Source: Bordetella parapertussis
Lineage (GTDB): Bacteria; Pseudomonadota; Gammaproteobacteria; Burkholderiales; SG8-41
DNA length: 64,000 bases
Assembly (NCBI GenBank): GCA_945906935.1
Contig: CAMDSO010000005.1
Location: 3,155 to 67,154 of the forward strand
Reading direction: 5' to 3'
Shown here: one piece after another, positions 40,401 through 47,660 of the stretch
Position numbering within the stretch: the stretch's first letter is position 1
Layout of the letters: every line of letters begins with the position of its first letter
The notes under the pieces: model-generated
The model's input: the letters and a program-made list of their open reading frames with translations, nothing else
Database searches by the model: none
Told to the model about the DNA's origin: nothing
Made by a program: the position numbers and the translations under genes

Positions 40401-41390
40401 GTGGCCGGGCGCGAAATGTTGGGCGACATCAGCTGGCGTCCACAGGGACGTGGCAGGGTGGTGGCGCGCATGAAGAATCTGGTGATCCCGCCGGCCACCG
40501 CTGGCGGGCGTCCTTCGGCTGACAAGGACCCGCCGACCGATATGCCGGGGATCGATATCGTGGCCGAACATTTTCAGCTCGGCACATCCAGCCTCGGCAG
40601 GCTGGAGTTGATCGCCGTGCCCGAAGGCCGCGACTGGAAGATCGAGCGTTTGCGCGTGTCGAATCCCGACGTAACGATACAGGCCGAGGGTTCCTGGCAG
40701 TCCTGGTTCAGTCAGCCGCGCACGATGGTCAACGTCAAGCTGGAAGTGAACGACATCGGTAAATTCCTCGCGCGCATGGGTTATCCCGAGGGCGTGCGTC
40801 GCGGCAGCGCAAAGTTCGAGGGGCCGCTGGCGTGGGCGGGCAGTCCGGCCGAGGTGGACTATCCGTCGCTCTCCGGTAATTTTGTGATTGAGGCGAACAA
40901 GGGGCAGTTTCTGAAACTCGATCCCGGGGTTGGCAAACTGCTTGGCATATTGAGTCTGCAGTCGTTGCCGCGCCGCCTCTCGCTTGATTTTCGCGATATC
41001 TTTACCGAGGGCCTCGCCTTTGATGAGATCGTTGGCGCGGTCAAGGTCAATCGCGGCATCGCCACTACCGAGAATTTGCGCATACAGGGCCCGGCGGTGC
41101 GTATTCTCATGAGCGGTGATGTCGACCTCAATGCAGAGACGCAAAAGTTGCGCGTCAAGGTCTTCCCCAGTGTGTCCGACAGCCTGTCGGTGGCCGGTGC
41201 GCTGGTGGCTGGACCGATCGCCGGGATTGCAGCCTACGTTGCGCAGAAGTTGTTGCGCGATCCGATCAACCAGATGGCGGCGTTTGAATACGGTGTGACC
41301 GGGACATGGAGCGATCCACAGATGGCGAAACTCGATTCCAGTCAGGCGGTGGAACTCGATAAAAGCGAAAAAGCGGGGAAGACCAAGTGA
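37458..41390 (+). CDS. yhdP: YhdP-family AsmA-like envelope protein (DUF3971/AsmA_2 type)
   Basis: 1310 aa with a single N-terminal TM segment (WALLITSFVFALIVCAARFWLL), a long beta-rich body, and a conserved C-terminal amphipathic end (GPIAGIAAYVAQKLLRDPINQMAAFEY.VTG.W.DP). The start is uncertain: TTG 37458, ATG 37467 or GTG 37545. The first two overlap the divergent glnE start. Confidence 0.85.
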   Translation: MGPMFADISGYNQEINHYVASTFRIQARAVPGLKIFRWLGISSLLAYRVVSWALLITSFVFALIVCAARFWLLPNIESFREPIAQHLSAATGQRVTIGKLEGHWSGVNLQLTLNDFVLFDQASQPALKLAQINSVLSWWSLVYWEPRFDLIGIDGPDLEIRRDTRGVISVAGIEMSKSVDGGGLSDWLLRQDEIIIHGATIKWQDDLRQATLLALTNVDFRLENFGSHHRFGLRAVPPEKLASPLDVRGDLTGRATEALAQWNGQLFVQLDYTDIAAWREWVEFPVQLPQGVGAVRLWTALQKGEPSEMTADVQLAQVRTRLAAEARELPLDELKGRISWKRLADGFEVKTSKLGMSANALVLQPMDLLLRYRNSNSVRNKPASGELQLNAVDLEPLAAFADNLPIAPALLREFDQYKPRGSLYDMTLSWSGEWPRPEQYTLKSRFVNLGVNAVGRLPGLQNVSGQIDCNEKGGTLALNTQNSTLELPRLFAQKLAFDMLNAQAGWQLNGTQYEVKLNTVAFSNPGVTGTLSGSYQAGAAGPGLADIAASLTRVDARSVLSYLPLQMPEEPRQWLEASLLGGTSKDVKVRLRGHLKDFPFREGRGGLFEVTARVNGGVLEFANNWPRIENVDADLTFRGRRMDIVAREGSILGAKLARVRVEIADLTSAARTLTVNGEAEGPTAEFINFIEKSPVSVMTDRFTSGLRAEGAGKLALKLSIPLTNTRDTRVAGTYQFLNNSIESAESLFPTVEQVNARLEFTDSSLRVVNGTLNLLGGPATINVATLRDGTRINIAGRVNMDSVRRTTNAFFAQSLSGSTDWKAAVILRKQFTDMVIESSLQGVTSALPAPFAKAPAELLPLRFERIVVNALQDRLLFSVGNVVAAQLQRRRDGARSVFERGVVNFGGSAADSDRRGLWITGGLKQIDLDQWLALVKAAPSGNTQFDVAGIDLKFASLNLLGRQFSELAVNGTSQAGNWQASVAGREMLGDISWRPQGRGRVVARMKNLVIPPATAGGRPSADKDPPTDMPGIDIVAEHFQLGTSSLGRLELIAVPEGRDWKIERLRVSNPDVTIQAEGSWQSWFSQPRTMVNVKLEVNDIGKFLARMGYPEGVRRGSAKFEGPLAWAGSPAEVDYPSLSGNFVIEANKGQFLKLDPGVGKLLGILSLQSLPRRLSLDFRDIFTEGLAFDEIVGAVKVNRGIATTENLRIQGPAVRILMSGDVDLNAETQKLRVKVFPSVSDSLSVAGALVAGPIAGIAAYVAQKLLRDPINQMAAFEYGVTGTWSDPQMAKLDSSQAVELDKSEKAGKTK

Positions 41391-41728
41391 CGTTCGGGAG
41401 GGGGCGACGCTTGCAGGCGGCTTGTTTGTTAGCAGCCCTCTCTGGCGCGCTGGGTGCCGAACCGCTGCTGGTGGCGCCAGGGTTGTGGGATCGGCCGCGT
41501 TCGGCGCGCGCCGTGCTCGATCAACCGGAGATACGCGAGGCGGTCAGGACCTATCTGGCGCAGGCCGGTTCGCGTATCGTCATTCATCACGGTCTTGGGC
41601 AGGAGCCGCTGTTGCAGGCCGAGGAGTTGCGGACCTGGCTGATGGCGTTGGCCGTTGATGCGGCCCGTATTACTTTAGTGAACGATTTGAAATCCAATCA
41701 GACCATGACCATAGAAGTGTTGAAATGA
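41387..41728 (+). CDS. Hypothetical small secreted protein, translationally coupled to yhdP
   Basis: 113 aa. A GTGA overlap joins it to the yhdP stop and an ATGA overlap joins it to the next gene. It has an N-terminal basic and hydrophobic signal-like segment (GRGRRLQAACLLAALSGALGA). I recognise no family. Confidence 0.55.
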   Translation: MTFGRGRRLQAACLLAALSGALGAEPLLVAPGLWDRPRSARAVLDQPEIREAVRTYLAQAGSRIVIHHGLGQEPLLQAEELRTWLMALAVDAARITLVNDLKSNQTMTIEVLK

Positions 41729-42606
41729 GTACTAAATCACTTTCCTCATTCGGCCGGGCGCGGCCGCACAAGGCGGCGCCGGCAGCGCTGGGCGTTGGTG
41801 GTGTACGCATCGCCGGCGTGCAAATGGCTTCCGGGCCCAAGGTTGCGGCGAATTTGAACGAAGCCGGGCGCCTGATTGCGATGGCGGCGGCGCAGGGCGC
41901 GCGTCTGGTTGCTCTACCCGAATATTTTGCCATCATGGGCATGCAGGAGACCGACAAGGTCAAGGTGCGTGAGGCCGAGGGTAAGGGGCCGATCCAGAAA
42001 TTTTTATCGGACACCGCGCGCGCGCACAAGATCTGGATCATCGGTGGCTCGGTACCGCTGGCCTGCGATGATCCGAAAAAGGTCCGTAATAGCTGTCTTG
42101 TTTATGACGATAAGGGCAAGCAGGTCGCACGCTATGACAAGATCCACCTGTTTGGTTTCAATATGGGTGACGAGAATTATTCCGAGGAGCGCACCATCGA
42201 GCCGGGCAGTACCGTGCAGACGCTGGAGACACCCTTCGGTCGCATTGGGCTGTCGATTTGTTACGACCTGCGTTTTCCTGAACTTTATCGCGCGATGAAA
42301 GAGGTCGACATTATCGTGGTGCCCTCAGCGTTCACGGAAACCACCGGCAAGGCGCATTGGGAAACACTGATCCGCGCGCGTGCCATCGAGAATCTCGCTT
42401 ATGTGCTGGCGCCGGCACAGGGCGGTTATCATCTCAACGGCCGCGAAACGCACGGTGACAGTATGATCGTTGATCCCTGGGGTGTGGTGCTCGACCGCTT
42501 GCCGCGCGGCTCCGGCGTGGTCAGCGCCGGCATCAATCCGCAATATCTGAAACGTTTGCGCGGCAATTTGCCAGCACTCAAACACCGTATTTTGCAGCGC
42601 ATCTGA
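41725..42606 (+). CDS. Carbon-nitrogen hydrolase family protein (nitrilase/omega-amidase-like)
   Basis: Catalytic-triad context LVALPEYF (Glu), YDKIHLF (Lys), ICYDLRFPE (Cys). The start could lie further downstream. Confidence 0.85.
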   Translation: MSTKSLSSFGRARPHKAAPAALGVGGVRIAGVQMASGPKVAANLNEAGRLIAMAAAQGARLVALPEYFAIMGMQETDKVKVREAEGKGPIQKFLSDTARAHKIWIIGGSVPLACDDPKKVRNSCLVYDDKGKQVARYDKIHLFGFNMGDENYSEERTIEPGSTVQTLETPFGRIGLSICYDLRFPELYRAMKEVDIIVVPSAFTETTGKAHWETLIRARAIENLAYVLAPAQGGYHLNGRETHGDSMIVDPWGVVLDRLPRGSGVVSAGINPQYLKRLRGNLPALKHRILQRI

Positions 42607-42662
42607 CCCTCTGCCGGTGCTTGCGCCGGCGCCCTTTACCGCAGCTTTGACCCAGGAAACGC

Positions 42663-44129
42663 ATGAACAAAGAAACCGCAACCATACACACCGTCGCCAG
42701 CGCTTTTGAAACCGCGCAGGCGACGCTGCTCGCACCGCATGCGCTCGATCAGAATTCGCTCGATCAGATCTTTGGTCAGATGCTGGCGCACAAGGTTGAT
42801 TTTGCCGACCTCTATTTTCAATACAGCCGCAGCGAGGGCTGGAGTCTTGAAGAGGGCATCGTCAAGTCGGGCAGTTTCAACATCGATCAGGGTGTCGGCG
42901 TGCGCGCTATCAGCGGCGAAAAAACCGCTTTCGCGTATTCAGACGACATCAGCCTCAATGCGCTGACTTCGGCGGCGCAGGCGACGCGTGCGATTGCGCG
43001 CCAGGGCGGCGGCGGTTCGACGCAGATCGCACACCGTGGCGGCGGCCACAATCTCTATGTGCCGCGCGATCCGCTGGCCAGCCTTGATGATGCGGCCAAG
43101 GTTTCGCTGCTGGAAAAAATCGAACGCAAGGCGCGCGCACTGGACCCGCGTGTGACGCAGGTGATGGCCAGTCTGGCCGGCGAGTACGAGGTGATGTTGG
43201 TAGCGCGCAGCGATGGCGTCACCGCCGCCGACGTGCGCCCGCTTACGCGTATTTCATTGCAGGTCATCGTCGAGCAGGACGGACGCCGCGAGCAGGGTGG
43301 CTTTGGTGGCGGCGGGCGTTTTGATTACGCCTATTTTACCGATGCGATGCTTGACGATTACGCGCAGAAGGCCGTCGCGCAGGCGCTGACTAATCTCGAG
43401 GCGAGACCGGCCCCCGCCGGGCCGATGACCGTCGTCCTGGGGCCAGGCTGGCCCGGCGTCTTGCTGCATGAAGCCATTGGTCACGGGCTCGAAGGTGATT
43501 TCAACCGCAAGGGCAGCTCTGCCTTCAGCGGTCGCATCGGCGAGCGCGTTGCCGCGCCCGGTGTGACGGTGGTTGATGACGGCACGCTGCAATCGCGGCG
43601 CGGTTCGCTCAATGTGGATGACGAAGGTAACCCGACGCAATGCAATGTGCTGATCGAAGACGGGGTCTTGAAGAACTACATGCAGGACAGTCTCAACGCA
43701 CGACTGATGGGCGTGCCGGTGACGGGCAACGGACGGCGTGAATCGTTTGCGCATATTCCAATGCCGCGCATGACCAATACCTATATGTTGAACGGGGACC
43801 GTGATCCGCAGGAAATCATCGCCTCGGTGAAGAACGGCTTATACGCTGTGAACTTCGCTGGCGGCCAGGTCGATATCACCAGCGGCAAGTTCGTGTTCTC
43901 CGCCTCCGAGGCTTATATGATCGAGGACGGCAAGGTGACTTATCCGGTCCGCGGCGCGACCTTGATCGGTAACGGCCCCGATGTGCTGACGCGCGTGTCG
44001 ATGATCGGCAATGACATGGCGCTAGATACTGGCGTGGGCACCTGCGGTAAGGAGGGCCAGAGCGTGCCGGTTGGTGTGGGACAGCCAACGCTGCGCATTG
44101 ACAATCTGACGGTCGGCGGCACCTCGTAA
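42663..44129 (+). CDS. tldD: Metalloprotease TldD
   Basis: 488 aa with the [11 protein letters not shown] zinc motif and the PmbA_TldD C-terminal pattern. Confidence 0.95.
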   Translation: MNKETATIHTVASAFETAQATLLAPHALDQNSLDQIFGQMLAHKVDFADLYFQYSRSEGWSLEEGIVKSGSFNIDQGVGVRAISGEKTAFAYSDDISLNALTSAAQATRAIARQGGGGSTQIAHRGGGHNLYVPRDPLASLDDAAKVSLLEKIERKARALDPRVTQVMASLAGEYEVMLVARSDGVTAADVRPLTRISLQVIVEQDGRREQGGFGGGGRFDYAYFTDAMLDDYAQKAVAQALTNLEARPAPAGPMTVVLGPGWPGVLLHEAIGHGLEGDFNRKGSSAFSGRIGERVAAPGVTVVDDGTLQSRRGSLNVDDEGNPTQCNVLIEDGVLKNYMQDSLNARLMGVPVTGNGRRESFAHIPMPRMTNTYMLNGDRDPQEIIASVKNGLYAVNFAGGQVDITSGKFVFSASEAYMIEDGKVTYPVRGATLIGNGPDVLTRVSMIGNDMALDTGVGTCGKEGQSVPVGVGQPTLRIDNLTVGGTS

Positions 44130-44139
44130 GGGGCGACTG

Positions 44140-44706
44140 ATGCGCAAGCTCGCCGATCTCGAGCGCGACCGCGCGCCGCAGAATACCGGCGACGACGAGG
44201 AAAACGTCCTGCCGCCGTTGCCGGCGGGCGCGAAGAATTACATGACCCCGGCGGGATACGCACGTCTGAAAAACGAATTGCAGGATTTGCTCGACCGTGA
44301 GCGTCCCGAAGTCGTCAGAACGGTGACGTGGGCGGCGTCGAACGGTGACCGTTCGGAAAACGCCGACTACCAGTATGGTAAACGCCGCCTGCGCCAGATC
44401 GATAGTCGTATTCGTTTTTTGACCCAACGTCTGGACATCGCCGAGGTCGTTAATCCGGCGCGCACCGGTGTCGAGCAGGTTTTCTTCGGTGCGACCGTCA
44501 CGTATTGCGATAGCAAGGGAGTCGAACGCACCGTCAGCATCGTCGGCCAGGATGAGGTTGATCCCGTGCGTGGCCATATCAGCTGGATTTCGCCGGTGGC
44601 GCGCGCACTGACCAAGGTAGGCGAGGGAGATGTAGTTACCTTACGTACGCCCGGTGGTGTCGAAGAACTCGAAATTATCCGCGTGTGTTACGTCGCGCTT
44701 GATTGA
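44140..44706 (+). CDS. greB: Transcription elongation factor GreB
   Basis: The core begins NYMTPAGYARLKNELQDLL (Gre coiled-coil), followed by an acidic DRSENADY loop and a C-terminal globular domain. It has a 34-aa N-terminal extension, or alternatively starts at ATG 44242. Confidence 0.85.
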   Translation: MRKLADLERDRAPQNTGDDEENVLPPLPAGAKNYMTPAGYARLKNELQDLLDRERPEVVRTVTWAASNGDRSENADYQYGKRRLRQIDSRIRFLTQRLDIAEVVNPARTGVEQVFFGATVTYCDSKGVERTVSIVGQDEVDPVRGHISWISPVARALTKVGEGDVVTLRTPGGVEELEIIRVCYVALD

Positions 44707-44798
44707 GTGCAGGCCTGCTCGGCTGCCGGGATAGCCCCGCAGTTGGGCTATAATCCGTCGATTTTTCTGAACTTGAACGGCGTTTAAACGGATCTGAC

Positions 44799-45869
44799 AT
44801 GCAGAAAACAGACGATTTGCGAATATTAGAAATCAAAGAGCTGGTCAAACCTGACGACGTGTTGCGCGAGCTGCCATTGACCAGCAAAGCCGCCGAGGTG
44901 ACCTTCGGTGCGCGGCAGGCGATCCATCGTATCCTGCATGGTGCCGATGACCGGTTGCTGGTGATTGCAGGGCCGTGCTCGATTCATGACGTCAAGGCTG
45001 CGCGCGAATACGCCTTGAAACTGAAGTCTGAGCGCGATCGTCTGCAGGATGATCTGCTGATACTGATGCGCGTTTATTTCGAAAAGCCACGTACCACCGT
45101 CGGCTGGAAGGGCTTGATCAACGACCCCAAGCTCGACGGCAGTTTCAATATCAACGAAGGCATTCGTATCGCGCGCGAACTGCTCGTCGGTATCAACGAA
45201 ATGGGGCTGCCGGCCGGCTGCGAATTTCTCGATATGATCACGCCGCAGTACATCGCCGATCTGGTGTCTTGGGGCGCCATCGGTGCGCGCACCACCGAGT
45301 CGCAGATACACCGCGAACTGGCCTCCGGGTTGTCGTGCCCGGTGGGTTTTAAGAACGGCACGGATGGCAACATCAAGATTGCCGTCGATGCGATTCGCGC
45401 CGCCCAAGCGCCGCATCATTTCCTCTCGGTGACCAAGGCAGGGCACTCGGCGATTGTGTCCACCGCCGGCAACGAGGATTGCCACATTATTCTGCGCGGC
45501 GGCAAGGCGCCGAACTACGATGCCGAAAACGTCGAAGTGGCGGCCAAGGGTCTTGCCGAAGCCGGTCTGGCGCAGCGCTTGATGGTCGATTTCAGCCACT
45601 CCAATTCGAGCAAGAATGCGCAGAAGCAGATGGATGTCGGCGCCGACATCGCACGCCAGTTGAGCGGCGGCGAGGAACGCATCTTCGGCATCATGGTGGA
45701 GAGTCATCTTAAGGCGGGGCGTCAGGATCTGGTGCCGGGCAAGCCGCTGGCCTACGGGCAGAGCATAACCGACGGCTGTATCAGCTGGGAGGATACCCAC
45801 GCGCTGCTCGATACGCTGGCCGAGGGCGTACGCCAGCGCCGCCTGAAGCGCGCCGAGGCCGATCAATAA
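44799..45869 (+). CDS. aroG: 3-deoxy-7-phosphoheptulonate (DAHP) synthase, class I
   Basis: 356 aa with IAGPCSIHD, KPRTTVGWKG and GARTTESQ motifs. The isoenzyme (feedback specificity) cannot be read from the sequence. Confidence 0.93.
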   Translation: MQKTDDLRILEIKELVKPDDVLRELPLTSKAAEVTFGARQAIHRILHGADDRLLVIAGPCSIHDVKAAREYALKLKSERDRLQDDLLILMRVYFEKPRTTVGWKGLINDPKLDGSFNINEGIRIARELLVGINEMGLPAGCEFLDMITPQYIADLVSWGAIGARTTESQIHRELASGLSCPVGFKNGTDGNIKIAVDAIRAAQAPHHFLSVTKAGHSAIVSTAGNEDCHIILRGGKAPNYDAENVEVAAKGLAEAGLAQRLMVDFSHSNSSKNAQKQMDVGADIARQLSGGEERIFGIMVESHLKAGRQDLVPGKPLAYGQSITDGCISWEDTHALLDTLAEGVRQRRLKRAEADQ

Positions 45870-45906
45870 GTTTTACAACCAGCAGGAGGATCTGGGGAGG
45901 CGGCCG

Positions 45907-46428
45907 GTGGCAGACGGGGAATCGGATCGCAAACGTCTCGAAAGCCTTGAAGACCTCGGTGACGGGGCGGCTTACGCTGGATCGATTCTTGGCCTGGTCA
46001 ACGAGTCGCAGTTCTTTGTCGACTTTACGCGCGAAGATATCGACATCCTCGCCTCCTACATGCACATCTACCGGGCCCGTCCGCAAATCACCATCCTGCA
46101 AGAGGGGGAGGTCGGCGACTACATGTTGATGCTGATCGATGGCGAGGTCGATATTTACAAAGCCAACCGTATCGGTGGCCAGCAGTACATGACTTCGGTG
46201 AAGGCTGGGACCACGCTAGGCGAAATGTCGATGATTGACGGCGCGCCGCGTTTTGCCACCTGCATTGCACTGCGGGTGACGACGCTGGGTAGACTGACAC
46301 GCGACGATATGGGCCGGATTATTCACGATCACCCAAGTCTGGGCGCGAAAATTCTGATCAAGCTGGTGACGCTGCTCTCACAGCGGCTGCGCCAGACCAG
46401 CGCGCAGCTCCTGCAATACATCAAATAG
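45907..46428 (+). CDS. Stand-alone cyclic-nucleotide-binding domain protein
   Basis: 173 aa with a GTG start after GGGGAGG. CNB-domain pattern: ILQEGEVGDYMLMLIDGEVDIY and the phosphate-binding-cassette-like GEMSMIDGAPRFAT. No output domain is present. Confidence 0.7.
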   Translation: MADGESDRKRLESLEDLGDGAAYAGSILGLVNESQFFVDFTREDIDILASYMHIYRARPQITILQEGEVGDYMLMLIDGEVDIYKANRIGGQQYMTSVKAGTTLGEMSMIDGAPRFATCIALRVTTLGRLTRDDMGRIIHDHPSLGAKILIKLVTLLSQRLRQTSAQLLQYIK

Positions 46429-46511
46429 CGCGGTGTCCGTCGTGCGGCGGTATAACCTGCAGCGCGGTCGATACGTTTCGTCGCCTGCCCGCAATGGTTC
46501 TTCGATGCTGC

Positions 46512-47513
46512 CTAATTCGATTCCTTGATGACGCGTTCGCGCGTCGCCTGCACCGGTCGCGCATTCATCGGATAGAGTCGTTCGAACAATCCGAGTTGGT
46601 TGGCCGAGGCCTGCACCGGTTGTTTCATGACGATCCACAACACGTCTTCGCTGCAAGGCGGGGTGGTCAGCGAACCCATGTAAGTGAAATATTTTTTGCT
46701 CTCCGGCAACATCTGAGCTGGATCGAGCTGTGCTGCCGCGCTGATTTCTTCACCTTTTTCGAGTGGCAGATTGTTCAGCACCGTTTGTATTGCCGGTTGA
46801 GCTACGCCGCCCTCGATTAACACCGCGATGACCGCCAGCCGTCCTTCGCTGTCCTTGTGCACCAAATGGACGACCATTTCAAACTGGCGACCGTCGATCA
46901 ATTCTTCGGCGGGTTTGTGAAAATGGAACTGAACGAGCCGAAAGCGCCGACCCATCACGCGCATTGAGTTCCAGCCGCCGACGTTGGCTTGTATGGTGTG
47001 TCCGTTATCGATCACCTTGAAGCTGCTTACGCGGTAATCGAAGGTGATCGGTTCGAGATCAAGTTTCATGCCTTCACGAATATCAATCGGTGATTGGCGC
47101 TCGCCCGCGCCGCATTTCGCGAACTCTGGCGAGAGGCGGGCCCAGGCGTGCGGGCCGTTCTCGCCCTCGTAAGACCAATTTGGAGCGCGGGGTGGCGGTG
47201 CTGCGGCAGGCACGGTTTCGGTGGGTTTTTCCACTAGCTTGGGTGGGGCTGCACGGGGTGCCGGTTTCGGTCGCGGCCGTGCCGCCGCCGCGACTTCGGC
47301 TGCAGCGCGTTCGTTGACCGCTGGGACGGTTGCCTTCTTTTCAGGTGCCGGCGGGGTTTTTTCCTGCGCAACTGATTTGGATGATTTTTTCTCTTCAGCA
47401 GGTGGCTTCGTGGCTTTCTTTTCCTCGGCTGCGGTAGCGGTATAGGCGGGGCCTGCCAGAATGAATCCAACTATACAGAGGACGGCCCGGCTTTTAAAAA
47501 ATTTCCAAATCAT
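46512..47513 (-). CDS. Alpha-class carbonic anhydrase with a long Pro/Ala/Lys/Glu-rich N-terminal linker
   Basis: Signal/anchor MIWKFFKSRAVLCIVGFILAG, then ~85 aa of low complexity, then NWSYEGENGPHAW, QSPIDI, the His ligands in QFHFH and VHLVH, and SLTTPPCSE. Confidence 0.9.
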   Translation of the reverse strand: MIWKFFKSRAVLCIVGFILAGPAYTATAAEEKKATKPPAEEKKSSKSVAQEKTPPAPEKKATVPAVNERAAAEVAAAARPRPKPAPRAAPPKLVEKPTETVPAAAPPPRAPNWSYEGENGPHAWARLSPEFAKCGAGERQSPIDIREGMKLDLEPITFDYRVSSFKVIDNGHTIQANVGGWNSMRVMGRRFRLVQFHFHKPAEELIDGRQFEMVVHLVHKDSEGRLAVIAVLIEGGVAQPAIQTVLNNLPLEKGEEISAAAQLDPAQMLPESKKYFTYMGSLTTPPCSEDVLWIVMKQPVQASANQLGLFERLYPMNARPVQATRERVIKESN

Positions 47514-47516
47514 GCT

Positions 47517-47570
47517 AATCCCTGTTTAAACAAAAACAATGCTGCTGGTTTAACGGTCTAAACAGGGATT
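47517..47570 (-). promoter_or_regulatory. 12-bp perfect inverted repeat (AATCCCTGTTTA ... TAAACAGGGATT) covering the carbonic-anhydrase Shine-Dalgarno
   Basis: The arms are 47517-47528 and 47559-47570, with a 30-nt spacer. In the minus-sense mRNA the 3' arm UAAACAGGGAUU ends 3 nt before the AUG and contains the only purine-rich SD candidate (AGGGA). Confidence 0.45.
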
Positions 47571-47660
47571 TCTTGAGCGGGCACGATTATGGCTGCATAA
47601 AAAAAACTGAAGCCGGTGACGGTGGGATGTTGGTAGCATAGAAACTATGAATACACAGCG

